In this document: positions 30,780-41,262 of the stretch, in pieces
Layout: every line of letters begins with the position of its first letter
Position numbering within the stretch: position 1 is the stretch's first letter
DNA from: Candidatus Poribacteria bacterium
GTDB taxonomy: Bacteria; Poribacteria; WGA-4E; WGA-3G
DNA: 64,000 bases
Direction of reading: 5' to 3'
Assembly: GCA_963422705.1 (NCBI GenBank)
Contig: OY730443.1
Location: 286,694-350,693, forward strand
The notes under the pieces: generated by a model
Database searches by the model: none
Told to the model about the DNA's origin: nothing
The model's input: only the letters and a program-made list of their open reading frames with translations
Made by a program: the position numbers and the translations under genes

Positions 30780-31580
30780 TTACGACGTTAATGTTGGCCG
30801 GTTTAATCGGGCGTGATATGGTGGCTCCATGACGGCCCGCTGACGTTCGTTTGCCCATTCCGGGACGGGATAAGCCGGGACGTATGCCATATTGCCCGCG
30901 GTGTAGCGTGTTAAAATCGAGCGACGTGGGTGCTCTACCGTCCAAGGAAGTGTTCCGTGGGTAACCGCCTCTGTGAAAATCACGACATCTCCTGCTTTGC
31001 AGACAACCTGTCGAATATGCTCCTGGTGTTTCTTGTACAAACGCATCTCTTGCGGGCAAGGAAAGTTGCTCTTGTGGCTGCCGGGGATAACGATTAAGCC
31101 ACCTGCTCCCGGCGGGACATCCGTGAGCTGAAACGTGACGACGGTAAGGGCGTTGTGCATCCGGCCATCGCGAAAAATGTAGTACTGATTTGGGTCAAAC
31201 CCGGGGCCGGAGGAACCGTGAAAAATGAAGCCCTCAGCGCCTTTATTCATAGAAATTAGGAACATTTGATGGTCCATCCGGAAACCTGTTCCCAATATGA
31301 CGTTGAGATAAGGGACAATCTTCTGGTGTACCAGCATGTTTCGGAACGGGTTACACCACGGTTCCTCCCAATGAAGCATTCCGCCTAATTCCCCTCGCCC
31401 TTGTACCCCCTTCAATTCAGGCGAACCCCCATCAAGCGTCTGAGCTTGGGGGCGTATTCGTTCTTGCGCTTTGTGCTTATCAATGGCTTCGTTCGCCACG
31501 GCTATCTCCTCAGGCGTTAGCACATCTTCAACGACGAGGTAACCATTTAGATCAAACAGATATTTTTCATCGGCGTTCAT
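30780..31580 (-). CDS. phytanoyl-CoA dioxygenase (PhyH) family Fe(II)/2-oxoglutarate oxygenase
   Basis: Start MNADEKYLFDLNGYLVVEDVLTPEE, HxD in RMDHQMF, IPGSHK near the C-terminus. About 266 aa. Confidence 0.7.
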   Translation of the reverse strand: MNADEKYLFDLNGYLVVEDVLTPEEIAVANEAIDKHKAQERIRPQAQTLDGGSPELKGVQGRGELGGMLHWEEPWCNPFRNMLVHQKIVPYLNVILGTGFRMDHQMFLISMNKGAEGFIFHGSSGPGFDPNQYYIFRDGRMHNALTVVTFQLTDVPPGAGGLIVIPGSHKSNFPCPQEMRLYKKHQEHIRQVVCKAGDVVIFTEAVTHGTLPWTVEHPRRSILTRYTAGNMAYVPAYPVPEWANERQRAVMEPPYHARLNRPTLTS

Positions 31581-31651
31581 TTTTCATCTCCCTTATCCTG
31601 TGCGAATATACGGTATAAATTGCCTCAGGTTCTCGATAATTTTCGCATATT

Positions 31652-32779
31652 TTATACTGCATAAGCGACGGAGCCGTCTTCGCGTAACAGAGTGCTTCCC
31701 GTGTTCATAGGCTGATAAGGCGTTTTTGGGATTAAACTATCATCAAGTTCAATGCCGAGGCCCGGTGCTTCTGGAATCTGGATGTATCCCCCTTGTCGCT
31801 GATAGGCGACTTGATAAACGGCGAATTCTGCCGATTCATCGGCTTTGGTGTATTCCTGGGTAATGAAATTGGGGATGCTTGCATCCAAGTGAAGGGAGGC
31901 TGCGGTAATGAGTGGCCCGAGGAAGTTATGGGTGACAAGTGCGCTGTGGTAAGCTTCGGCAATTGCGGCAATCTTCTTGCAATGGGTTAAGCCGCCTGCT
32001 AACCCGATGTCGGGGCGTACATATTGCGGCCCGCCTGCCTCAAGCAGTTCTCGGAATTCCCAGATACTCGTCAACCGTTCCCCGTTGCCGACAGGGCTTG
32101 TCATTCGTTTCGCTAATTGGGCTTGCGTCGTAATCGTATCTATCTGAATCGGGTCTTCAATGAAATAGAGATTAAAGGGTGCTAAAGCGGATTCTAATAC
32201 GATGCTATTCATGGGTGTGAGTTTGCGGTGTACTTCCACAATCAGATCTAAGTCAGGCCCGCCGCCTTCCCGTGCTGCTGCGACTAAATCCCGGGCGGTT
32301 TTAACGAGTCTATCAACCGCCATGTTTTGAAAGCTGCCAACTAATGGATCAAACTTCAAGGCAGTGAATCCTTCTTCGTACGCGGCTTTTGCGGCATCGA
32401 ACATCTTCTCGGGTGTATTTCCGCCGCCGAGGAGGTGCAATCGGATTTTATCGCGGCAGTTCCCGCCTAACAACTCCCAGATTGGTACGCCGAAATGTTT
32501 CCCCTTGATATCCCACAAGGCGATGTCGACTGCACTGATTGCGCCACTGAGCGCGGTACCTCGGAACGGCCCCATTCTGTAAAGGTACTGCCAATGATGC
32601 TCTATTCGAAGCGGATTCTGCCCGATGAGATATTTCTCAAAGGTGTTGACGATTTTTTCAACCGCCTCCGGGTAACCCCAGCAAGCCGTCTGTCCTACCC
32701 CACTGATGCCTGTATCCGTATGAATGCGAATGACGTAGCCGTTTCCAATAAAAAATGATTCAATTTTGTCAATTCTCAT
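31652..32779 (-). CDS. enolase-superfamily dehydratase paralog (galactonate/mannonate dehydratase-like)
   Basis: MRIDKIESFFIG...IRIHTDTGISGVGQ capping domain. LKFDP, EVHRK, EDP, GNGER barrel motifs. Strong RBS aggagg. Confidence 0.75.
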   Translation of the reverse strand: MRIDKIESFFIGNGYVIRIHTDTGISGVGQTACWGYPEAVEKIVNTFEKYLIGQNPLRIEHHWQYLYRMGPFRGTALSGAISAVDIALWDIKGKHFGVPIWELLGGNCRDKIRLHLLGGGNTPEKMFDAAKAAYEEGFTALKFDPLVGSFQNMAVDRLVKTARDLVAAAREGGGPDLDLIVEVHRKLTPMNSIVLESALAPFNLYFIEDPIQIDTITTQAQLAKRMTSPVGNGERLTSIWEFRELLEAGGPQYVRPDIGLAGGLTHCKKIAAIAEAYHSALVTHNFLGPLITAASLHLDASIPNFITQEYTKADESAEFAVYQVAYQRQGGYIQIPEAPGLGIELDDSLIPKTPYQPMNTGSTLLREDGSVAYAV

Positions 32780-33135
32780 GTTGTCCTCCTATATCGGATA
32801 TTCTATCATAAGCTCAGTGCATTAGCAATTTTCGTCTCTCAAGTTCTCGAGGTACTCTCGTTTCCTCTTCGGAAATTAGGGAGAATCTAAAAAAAGTTAC
32901 CGTTGTCCGAGCGTGGACGAAAATTATCGATACACTTCCAAACTGTGTCATCTTGCTGATGTGACAAAAGAGACTCTCCCTCATTAATGCGTGTGATGGG
33001 CCACGGTATCTGGATTGCGGGTGTAGTAGGTGTGTCTGCTGCATGGCGCCGGGGGCATGTCCTATAAATTTTCAGTAGAACGATTGTGATACTCACAACG
33101 CCTTCGGCGTGTCCTTGTTACCTTCTCTTGGAAGG

Positions 33136-34405
33136 CTAACTTGATTTGAGTCCCGAAAACGGTGTCCACTTATCAAGTCTACATAGGTTCGGATTATATC
33201 GGATACCTACGGGGGATACCACTGCCCCGACTACAGGGTTTCTCATGAAACCCTGATACTTTGTCAGAATGTTACTCGCCCCCACAACGTCTCTGTGTCC
33301 TTGCCACTCGCATTGTCCGCAACGGTAAGTCCTACCACTTGGTTTCTTTCTATGCCCGCAAGACGGACAGGTTTGAGACGTATAGGCTTCGTCCTCTATA
33401 TCAACACTGATACCGACGGCTTTCGCTTTATAGGTTATCATATTCTGAATTTTAGCGAACGCCCACTGGTGTAACTTCTGATTGGCTTTTTTGCCATAGT
33501 TGATAGATTGTCTAATGTGCTTTATGTTTCCAATGACAATCGTTTCTATCTTTCGCGCGCGGCAAGTAGAAACAAAGCGTGACGTTATTTTATGACGCAT
33601 GTCACGCAACTGCGCGGTTAACTTCTGTAGGGTTCTATTCTTGACGCGTTTTAGTTTTTTCCAGCGTCTGCTATATCTGATGCAACGCGATAAGGCTTTA
33701 TTGATACTCGACTTAAATTTGTTCTGATACCTCACAACACTGCGGAGGGCGCGTCCATTATAGATGTCGGCATTGATACCGTCAAAAGAAACCAGTGGGT
33801 GGATTTCGCCCATATCCACGGCAACGGCTGAACCGACTTTTGCTGTCGTTTTTTTCGGCGTTGTGTCATAGGTTGCATGAAACGCGTATTGTTGCAGGGA
33901 ACGGTTATAGACAAGCGAGACTTCCGCTGGCACGACGTTATGGAATTTTTTATCAATCTTAATCCAAAGCGGAGCTCTCCCTTTGCCCATAGACAGTCGT
34001 AGTTTGCCACGCTGATAGGAAATCCCTGTCGCACGCCACGTGAATGTGTGGAATGTCCGCGTTTTATTCGGTTAGAACCGTATACCGTTCTATCGGGGGC
34101 TTGGCAGTCGGATACGATTTTCGGTTAGCAAAGAAAGAGCGGCGCGCCCCGCAATAATCGTCTATAATCGCCTGCACAGAATGGGCGTGGCACGGATACC
34201 GCTTGAACTTCAGATATGCCTTGAGTCCACCGTCTGAAAGCCAAAAGCCTTTCTCCTCATGCGTTTTGAACGCCATCGAAACGGTTTTAGAATAGATACG
34301 TCCACCAAGCCGATTTATACCGTCAAGGTATTTTGTAGGCTTAGCAGTCGCTAAAATATAGGTTCGGTATTCTTTCTTGGATTTAGACACGCGTTTGAGC
34401 CTCAA
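33136..34405 (-). pseudogene. tnpB: tnpB copy D, split into an N-terminal fragment (34064-34405) and a C-terminal fragment (33136-33990)
   Basis: The C-terminal fragment has RuvC-I AVDMGE, EDEAYTSQTCPSCG...CGQC zinc finger and HRDVVGASNI. The N-terminal fragment ends in a TAA immediately after the 29-bp insert. Confidence 0.65.
34068..34096. repeat. 29-bp sequence identical to 2233-2261
   Basis: Exact match, in the same + strand orientation although the host tnpB genes are on opposite strands. A partial repeat tcggttag recurs at 34110. Confidence 0.6.
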
Positions 34406-34499
34406 TATATTCTTTGACTACTTTTAGGGAGACACAGCTCACAGACGATATGAACTTTGAACGCGTCCAAAGGGAAGGTAAACGGGATTTAAGGTGGGG

Positions 34500-34865
34500 G
34501 TAATTCTTCCCTGAGTATCCGAGACGTGTCACCTTTGATTAATCCCACAATCCGAGTCATAGGCACTTTTGGATTGTGCTCAAGTATCAGGTGTAGGTGT
34601 TCTTCCATAATCTCACTGGCACGCACTTTGAAATCCAATTCTATTTCTTTGGCGCAGATTCACTGGTGCAAACGCGCTTGGATAGCCGGGGATAAAACTT
34701 TTGGGGAGATAGGTAGAATATCGTATCCTTTGGATACGATATTTCTACCATTCACTCCCCAACTCCGTGCGTCTGTATTTGGTACACCAGATAACGTGAT
34801 ATTGACAACGATACCCCATGTTCGTATCTGAATACCAATCTTTTTGGGGAGTCTTGATAAACATG
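34500..34865 (-). pseudogene. tnpA: tnpA (IS200-type) copy D, multiply frameshifted
   Basis: The minus-strand translation gives MFIKTPQKDWYSDTNMGYRCQYHVIWCTKYRR, then in another frame EEHLHLILEHNPKVPMTRIVGLIKGDTSRILREE. RBS aaaggag before the ATG at 34865. Confidence 0.6.
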
Positions 34866-34986
34866 ATACCATCTCCTTTATGTTAGTTTCTATAAGACAG
34901 TATCACAGATATTTCAGATACTTCAAATATATTTTGATAAAAAAAGCAGAAGTTAGCGGGGTTGGACCCGAACCCGAACCCGAAGC

Positions 34987-37959
34987 CTAAAGGCTTGGCA
35001 TTGTTAGAGAATTCCCTTCAGAAATCGCCCCGACACGGCACATCTGCTTATATGAACAGTAGCGGCACGGTGCTGTTAAATTGCGGGGTGTTATTGGAGT
35101 GTCGCCGTCCTCTTCTGAATTCACGAATGTTTCGACGCGGGTGATAAGTGGAAACACTCCCTTGCCAATTGAATCTACATACTGTCTGATATATCGGCTG
35201 ACGCGTTTGATGATAGCATCAAATTTCTCATCGGATACCATCTGCTTATTGGCTTTGGTTGATTTTTTCCAAGCTGTGCCGTTATATGTCTTGTAGGTGC
35301 GCCCGTTGTACTTCTCTTTACCTATGCCGAGTTCAACTTTGCATTCGTCAAACTTAATTTTGTGATAAAGTCCCGCGGTTGGTACGTACTGCCCCTTCAG
35401 CAATCGCGAGGCAATCTTAAGGTAGAGCGGAAGTTGTAGAGCACGCCCTTCAAGTATCCCTGAAATTTTAGGGGATAGATTCCCCGTTTTATAGTCAATC
35501 ACATTAAAAACGTCGCCGGCTACATCAATCCGGTCGATTCTTGCTTTTAGCTGTACGCCGTTAACTTGAATTGATTCCGTGTCGGTGTTAACTTCAAAGA
35601 TGTGTGAGACAATGTTCACATCCGATTTCTGTTCTGCCTCAAACCACTTGCGAAGGGCATTTTTCAGGAGTGCCTCATCTATTTCCCGAAAGAGGTTATC
35701 CGGTTTGGTATCACGTATCTGCTCCGCGATGAGCTGATACAACTGTGCTTGTGCTTCTGCGATTTCAGCTGGACTGCATTGCGCTAAGGGTGGGCTTTCC
35801 TGTCGATTATGATAGAATTTAAAGAGAATCTGGTGAACGAGATTTCCCTTTTCAAGGGCGGACAAGTCATCTTCTTCTAGCGTATCTTCTTTTTCTCGGA
35901 GTGCCAAAATGTCATCAGCAAAAAACTGAAAAGGACATCTTCCATATGTTTCTAATGTGGTTACGGCATAGTGGTTATCGCGCCGCTTTTCTAATTGGCT
36001 TTCACTTTCGCGCGAGAGCCCGCCTGTCAATATGCCTTCGTAGTCTAAGTGTTCGTGCGTTTTCTCCCGGCTTTTTTCGACAGTTGCAACGTGTGCAACC
36101 AGTGAACATCTCTCTTGTAGGGTTTGAGACATCTCCGTTACTTCTGAACGATACCCCGCTTCCGATTCTGCACAATCCCAGACATATTGCCCATATTTCC
36201 GAAGGAAGCGGCTTTGGCTGAATTGTCCAGTGTTCTCAACTTTTTCGGTGTCAATTTTAGCGATTCGCTCCAATTCTGCGAGAAATGGGGAGGGGAGGAG
36301 AAGTGTTTCATTTCCATGTTTTGGGCACATCAGATAAAGTCGTTTCTGGAAGGACTTGAGCATCGTATAGAAGAGAAAGCGGCTCTGGCTCAACATTTCT
36401 GTTTTGTTTCGCGCATAGGGTTGTGGGAGCAGTGTCTTCGGATGGAAGTGTTCCGGAAATTTTCCATCTATGAAATCACCGACGATGACTGTATCAAATT
36501 CCAGGCTTCGGAGCTGTGATAATCGAAGAATATGGACGCCCGCGGACGTTTCCGGAATCTGATATGTCGTGTACCTGACGATGAGCTTGAGCCGTTCTAT
36601 GTAGTCTCTATAAGGCCGGGTTTCCTCCTCGAGAGAACTGCAGAGTTCTGAAACCCGCGCGTTGAGTTCCTGATACGCGTGGATTTCAGCAATTGTCGCA
36701 GTCTGCGTTTGCCAACGTGAGTCTGCTGATAATTTCAAAATATGACGGAGTACGTTTCCCTGTATAAGAAGACTATCAAAATGGGTTTTAAACGCCTCGG
36801 GCGTCATCCCTTTTTCATCCGTTTGAGAGATTGAGGGCAATTCATGATTGGAAAAATAGGGGGATGCTAGTGGCAAGGTATTCGTCTCAAGTTGATAAAA
36901 AATTGCCCTCACTACCGGGGATTGCGCGAGAGGCATTCCTTCTGAAACAGAATAAGGGATACCGTGTTCGGGAAACACTTCCGCGATGCATTGTAGATAG
37001 TGCCGGAAGTCCCGGTACGTTACACAGATGTCATTGAGTTTACACGCCCCGGTTGCAACCCTCTGTCGGATAAGTTGGGCAGTCAATTCGACTTCGTGTA
37101 GCCTGTCGAAAGGCTTTACCAATTTAATCTGCTCTTCTGCATTCCATCGTTCTTGCTCAGATTCCGTTGTGCGGAAGAGATTGTGGGCAAAATGCAGGTT
37201 TCGGGCTGATTTTTCGGGTGCAAGCTCACTCACTGTGATGTTGGGCCCGCTGAGTTCATCAAAAAGCTTCTGAATATGCCCAAACAGTGTAGCGTTTTGA
37301 TAATAGTACTCTGAACGAATGCAGACTTTCACATCTGGCATTTCAGCAATTTTTTTCAAAAGGGTGACAGCGGCTTTGGAAAGGACATCAAAGTCCTCAA
37401 CCACAACAAGTGTGGTGAGCGGAAACGCTTTTCTCATCAGTCTATGTTGAAACGGCGCGACGAGAAGCTGGTGTATGCCTGCATCGTCGCGCCATTTCGT
37501 CCCGATTTTCCTTTGATATGCCTCATAAAGCTGGAAGAATGATTCCGCAATGGGTGTGTTTGATGAATTTCGTGCCCGTTCCGTATAAGCCGGCCCCCGT
37601 TCGTTGAGATAGTTAATCGTATTTACGATGAATGCCAGCGTGCAATCGGGTACTTTACCCCCTTTCATCGGCTGGAAGCGCTCTCCGGCCGGTTGGTTAA
37701 CAAGTTCACGGAGCCAATAGGTTTGTAGGGCGGATGAAATTCGCGTTCGCCGTGCGTCCGGCCGGAGTTGCTCGTAAAGCTTTTGCGCAAACGTTTCCAA
37801 CGTATGTACGGTTAAGTTTGCGACAGCCTTATTGGGATGATACGAGATTAATTCGCGTTGACGTTTCAAGCGGGCGGAACGGGTAGGCACGAGTACAACG
37901 AAGGTTCCGGCCTTGTTATTCCGAATTCGCGTTTTGAGGATGTTTTCAAGGTTCTGCAT
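34987..37959 (-). CDS. AddB/RexB-like PD-(D/E)xK nuclease family protein (inactivated-helicase N-terminus, RecB-type nuclease plus Fe-S C-terminus)
   Basis: Degenerate Walker A region GTFVVLVPTRSAR. C-terminal RecB nuclease motif IDRIDVAGDVFNVIDYKTG ... QLPLYL. Cys cluster CRYCSYKQMC. About 990 aa. No addA-like partner in the window. Confidence 0.65.
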   Translation of the reverse strand: MQNLENILKTRIRNNKAGTFVVLVPTRSARLKRQRELISYHPNKAVANLTVHTLETFAQKLYEQLRPDARRTRISSALQTYWLRELVNQPAGERFQPMKGGKVPDCTLAFIVNTINYLNERGPAYTERARNSSNTPIAESFFQLYEAYQRKIGTKWRDDAGIHQLLVAPFQHRLMRKAFPLTTLVVVEDFDVLSKAAVTLLKKIAEMPDVKVCIRSEYYYQNATLFGHIQKLFDELSGPNITVSELAPEKSARNLHFAHNLFRTTESEQERWNAEEQIKLVKPFDRLHEVELTAQLIRQRVATGACKLNDICVTYRDFRHYLQCIAEVFPEHGIPYSVSEGMPLAQSPVVRAIFYQLETNTLPLASPYFSNHELPSISQTDEKGMTPEAFKTHFDSLLIQGNVLRHILKLSADSRWQTQTATIAEIHAYQELNARVSELCSSLEEETRPYRDYIERLKLIVRYTTYQIPETSAGVHILRLSQLRSLEFDTVIVGDFIDGKFPEHFHPKTLLPQPYARNKTEMLSQSRFLFYTMLKSFQKRLYLMCPKHGNETLLLPSPFLAELERIAKIDTEKVENTGQFSQSRFLRKYGQYVWDCAESEAGYRSEVTEMSQTLQERCSLVAHVATVEKSREKTHEHLDYEGILTGGLSRESESQLEKRRDNHYAVTTLETYGRCPFQFFADDILALREKEDTLEEDDLSALEKGNLVHQILFKFYHNRQESPPLAQCSPAEIAEAQAQLYQLIAEQIRDTKPDNLFREIDEALLKNALRKWFEAEQKSDVNIVSHIFEVNTDTESIQVNGVQLKARIDRIDVAGDVFNVIDYKTGNLSPKISGILEGRALQLPLYLKIASRLLKGQYVPTAGLYHKIKFDECKVELGIGKEKYNGRTYKTYNGTAWKKSTKANKQMVSDEKFDAIIKRVSRYIRQYVDSIGKGVFPLITRVETFVNSEEDGDTPITPRNLTAPCRYCSYKQMCRVGAISEGNSLTMPSL

Positions 37960-38158
37960 CTCTTTGTTAAATTTTTCGGCGCTAGACTACAAAACAGCGT
38001 CGGAATCAAGGCAGAATGTGATACCCACTCCACTTTGATTCCGGATGCGATATGAAATTTAATGATTGAAGGTAATTTGCTAATCCGATGCACAACGCTT
38101 CGCGTTTCAAGCGGAACGAGGAACGGATGCACTCATACCAACACCGGTAAAAAAAGAA

Positions 38159-40063
38159 TTAACGGATTGTTGAACCGGGCGGTACCTCTGCATCAAGCGT
38201 TGCCAAAACGACTGGTTCACCCCTTCCGGCGAGCAGCATGCCCTCCGATTTAACGTTGCGAATGGTGGCGGGTTCTAAATTCGCCACCAGAATTACCTGT
38301 TTCCCGATAACACTTTTCGGTGTATAGTGTTCGGCGATACCTGCAACGATTTGTCGCTTCTCGGTGCCGATGTCAACCTGTAATTTGAGGAGTTTATCTG
38401 TACCTTCAATGGGTTCAGCGGCAATCACCGTGGCTGCCCGTAATTCCAATTTTTTGAAGTCGGCAAACGTGATGAGGTTCTGCGTATCAGTCTCTGTGTT
38501 CTGTTTTGCGGCCGTTTTTTGGTTTGCCTGCTTTGTATCAACGCGCGGAAAAATCGGTTTCCCTCTACTGACAGTTAACCCCGGTGGCGATTGCCCCCAT
38601 TCTTGACAAGATTGCAGGGTGTCCATATCATCTTCTGTAGAAGAGGCTAAACCGAGTTGTGTGCGCATCCGATGGGCGGTATCGGGCATAAATGGCGAAA
38701 TGAGGACTGCAATAATCCGTAGTGCCTCTAGGCAGTCGTAAAGGATGTTCCCCATTTTCAATTTTGTTTCAGCCCTGGTAAGTGTCCAAACCTCTTTCTT
38801 TTGAATGTACCGGTTGATACCCCGAACAAACTCCCAGATGGTTTCCAATGCCCTATCAAACGCAAATTCTTGGATTAAAACATCAAGTCTTGCGACTGTT
38901 TCTTGTACCAAGTTCTTGATGTCATCGTCAAATTTACCGGGGGTAGTCGGTTCCGGAATCTGTCCAAAATGTTTGTTAACAAGTCCGAGTACGCGATTGA
39001 GCAGATTTCCCAGGTCATTCGCCAGGTCAGCGTTGTAGCGGGCGTGCAGGCGGCTTGGACGGTAATCGCCATCATTTCCGAAACTAAATTCCCGGAGGAG
39101 GTAGTACCGGAACGCGTCGACGCCGTACGTTGCGATGTCGGCGTCCATATCAATGAAAATGCCGCGTGTTTTACTCAATGCTTCGCCGTTCTTGGTTAAC
39201 CATCCATGCCCAACGATGTGCTTCGGCAAGGGTAGATTCACTGCCATTAGCATGGCGGGCCAGAGGAGTGCATGGAAACGGGTAATGTCCTTTGCCATCA
39301 TATGTACATCCGCGGGCCAAAAAGTCTGGTATTGGGCGTTTTCTGTTTCATAACCGACAGCCGTCATATAGTTTGATAACGCTTCTATCCAGACATAAGA
39401 GATATATTTTTCGTCGAACGGCAGCGGGATTCCCCACGATACGGATGCGCGCGAGATGCATGTATCTTCTAATCCAGATTTTAAAACGCTTAGGAGTTCG
39501 TTCCGTCGGCTTGTCGGATAAATAAAGTTTGGGTTTGCGTTGATATGTTCGATTAATTGCTTTTGATATTTAGACAGGGCGAAAAAGTAATTTTCCTCTT
39601 CCACCCACTCCAAGGGCAATTTATGAATTGGACAGGTTTTCTGTGGATTCAGCTCCTTGTCGGTAAAAAACTGCTCACATGGGCGGCAGTAGTATCCTTG
39701 GTATTTATCCTGATAGATATCGCCGGTTCGATAGAGTGCGTTAATGAATTTCGCGACGCCGCGTTTGTGCATCTGGCTTGTAGTCCGCATAAAAATGTCA
39801 TTTGAAATATTCAAGCGTTTCCAGAGCTTTTGAAAAATCGGTGCCATTTTGTCGCAGTAAATTTGGGGTTCAAGTCCTTCGCGTGCTGCGGCTTTCTCGA
39901 CATTCGCCCCGTGTTCATCAACCCCGGTGAGGAAGGAGACATGTTTCCCTTTAAGTCTATGATAACGTGCTAAGACATCGGCAGCAATCGTTGTATAGGC
40001 ATGTCCTGCGTGTGGTTCGCCGTTAACGTAGTAGATGGGTGTGGTGATGTAAAATGCGTCCAT
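38159..40063 (-). CDS. metG: methionyl-tRNA synthetase
   Basis: HAGHAYTT (HIGH), zinc knuckle CPIH.../CRPC, KMSKS region, C-terminal EMAP-like tRNA-binding domain. Confidence 0.9.
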   Translation of the reverse strand: MDAFYITTPIYYVNGEPHAGHAYTTIAADVLARYHRLKGKHVSFLTGVDEHGANVEKAAAREGLEPQIYCDKMAPIFQKLWKRLNISNDIFMRTTSQMHKRGVAKFINALYRTGDIYQDKYQGYYCRPCEQFFTDKELNPQKTCPIHKLPLEWVEEENYFFALSKYQKQLIEHINANPNFIYPTSRRNELLSVLKSGLEDTCISRASVSWGIPLPFDEKYISYVWIEALSNYMTAVGYETENAQYQTFWPADVHMMAKDITRFHALLWPAMLMAVNLPLPKHIVGHGWLTKNGEALSKTRGIFIDMDADIATYGVDAFRYYLLREFSFGNDGDYRPSRLHARYNADLANDLGNLLNRVLGLVNKHFGQIPEPTTPGKFDDDIKNLVQETVARLDVLIQEFAFDRALETIWEFVRGINRYIQKKEVWTLTRAETKLKMGNILYDCLEALRIIAVLISPFMPDTAHRMRTQLGLASSTEDDMDTLQSCQEWGQSPPGLTVSRGKPIFPRVDTKQANQKTAAKQNTETDTQNLITFADFKKLELRAATVIAAEPIEGTDKLLKLQVDIGTEKRQIVAGIAEHYTPKSVIGKQVILVANLEPATIRNVKSEGMLLAGRGEPVVLATLDAEVPPGSTIR

Positions 40064-40195
40064 CGGTTTCCTTTTGGTTTTAACAGGTTTTCAAACGATT
40101 GGCGCGTTGAAATCGCCATTTATTTTCCAGAAATTATAATTTGCCGCTGCTAGATTTTAACGTAGCGCTTTCTGTTTTTTCAAGCGTTTGTTGGA

Positions 40196-41191
40196 TTATC
40201 GGTACGGTTTCAGTAATTTCAGACACATAACCTCTAAAGCAAGAATTGCGTTTGTGTTGGTGTTCTCAATGAGTGCTTTGGTGTGAAAAATTGCCCGGAT
40301 GGCTTGCTGTATGCGCAATCGTGAATAGCGGGGCAGCAGCAATTTGAGTTGTTCAATGGAATCGGTATGCGTGATGAGTTCGTTCGGCGCGCCCTGCTGT
40401 AAAAATAGGATGTCACGATACCATGTTACGAGTTCTGTCAACCGTTCAGGTTCATTCTTAAATTGTTCCGCGAATCTGAACGCTGCTAACAATTCTGTCT
40501 CTTTAATGATTTCGGGTATTTCCTGTGTAAGTGCCGTCCCTTTTTCAAGTTGCGTTAATGCTTTTCCGATGGCGCCCTCGGATGCAATGGCGATAGCGGT
40601 GGCTTGTTTCGGCGAAATGGCACATTTTTTTGTTAACACTTCCGTCAATTCCCGTATCTGCATCGGATGAAATTGGAGTATCTGGCACCGGGAACGTGTC
40701 GTCGGTAGTAAGGCTTCCAAGTTCGCGGTGAGCAAGATTAAAACGGAGGAACCCGGCGGTTCTTCCAATGTCTTAAGTAAGCAATTTTCTGCTGCTGTGT
40801 TCATCCGTTCAGCGTCCGTCAAAATGTAAACTTTCCTGCTGGCTTCAAATGGCTCATAGATGATTTGTTTTTGTAATTCGCGAATTTGGGCTATCTTTAA
40901 TTGGCGCCCAATTGGCCGGATAAAACGAAAATCTGGGTGATTACCGGATGCTATTTTTCGGCATGGAAGGCAGTATTGAGAGGGGTGTAAATTGCTACCG
41001 GAGGGTTCGCATACTGTTCCCGGCTCGGTTTTTTCGTGACAAAAGATTAAGCGGGCGAAATAGCTCGCCACCGTCTCTTTTCCAACGCCTGCGGGCCCGG
41101 CGAAAAGGTATGCGCCAGCAATTCTATCGGATGCGACGGTACGCTGGAGTTGTTCAACAATCTGTCGATGTCCAATGATTGTGCCACTCAT
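40196..41191 (-). CDS. holB: DNA polymerase III delta-prime subunit
   Basis: AYLFAGPAGVGK Walker A. SRCQ box (TRSRCQILQF). 331 aa. Confidence 0.8.
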   Translation of the reverse strand: MSGTIIGHRQIVEQLQRTVASDRIAGAYLFAGPAGVGKETVASYFARLIFCHEKTEPGTVCEPSGSNLHPSQYCLPCRKIASGNHPDFRFIRPIGRQLKIAQIRELQKQIIYEPFEASRKVYILTDAERMNTAAENCLLKTLEEPPGSSVLILLTANLEALLPTTRSRCQILQFHPMQIRELTEVLTKKCAISPKQATAIAIASEGAIGKALTQLEKGTALTQEIPEIIKETELLAAFRFAEQFKNEPERLTELVTWYRDILFLQQGAPNELITHTDSIEQLKLLLPRYSRLRIQQAIRAIFHTKALIENTNTNAILALEVMCLKLLKPYR

Positions 41192-41262
41192 TTTTCTCTC
41201 CTTTAGAACGGGCTGCGTCGTCTCTGGCGCAGACGGGACTTGATAAGGTTCTAACCTTGCCT

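Larger units (their letters stand above)
33050..34939 (-). mobile_element. IS200/IS605-family element copy D (different subfamily; tnpA and tnpB both degraded)
   Basis: The minus-strand tnpA remnant is followed by tnpB fragments. Inserted just after the T-run that follows the 990-aa nuclease gene. Confidence 0.55.

Noticed and set aside
34940-34995. Clean rho-independent terminator for the 990-aa nuclease gene
   Set aside because: A T7 run is present (34940-34946 on the minus strand), but I could not find a convincing adjacent stem. The aagcc-ttta-ggctt hairpin overlaps the stop codon itself, so it is left as a weak observation only.
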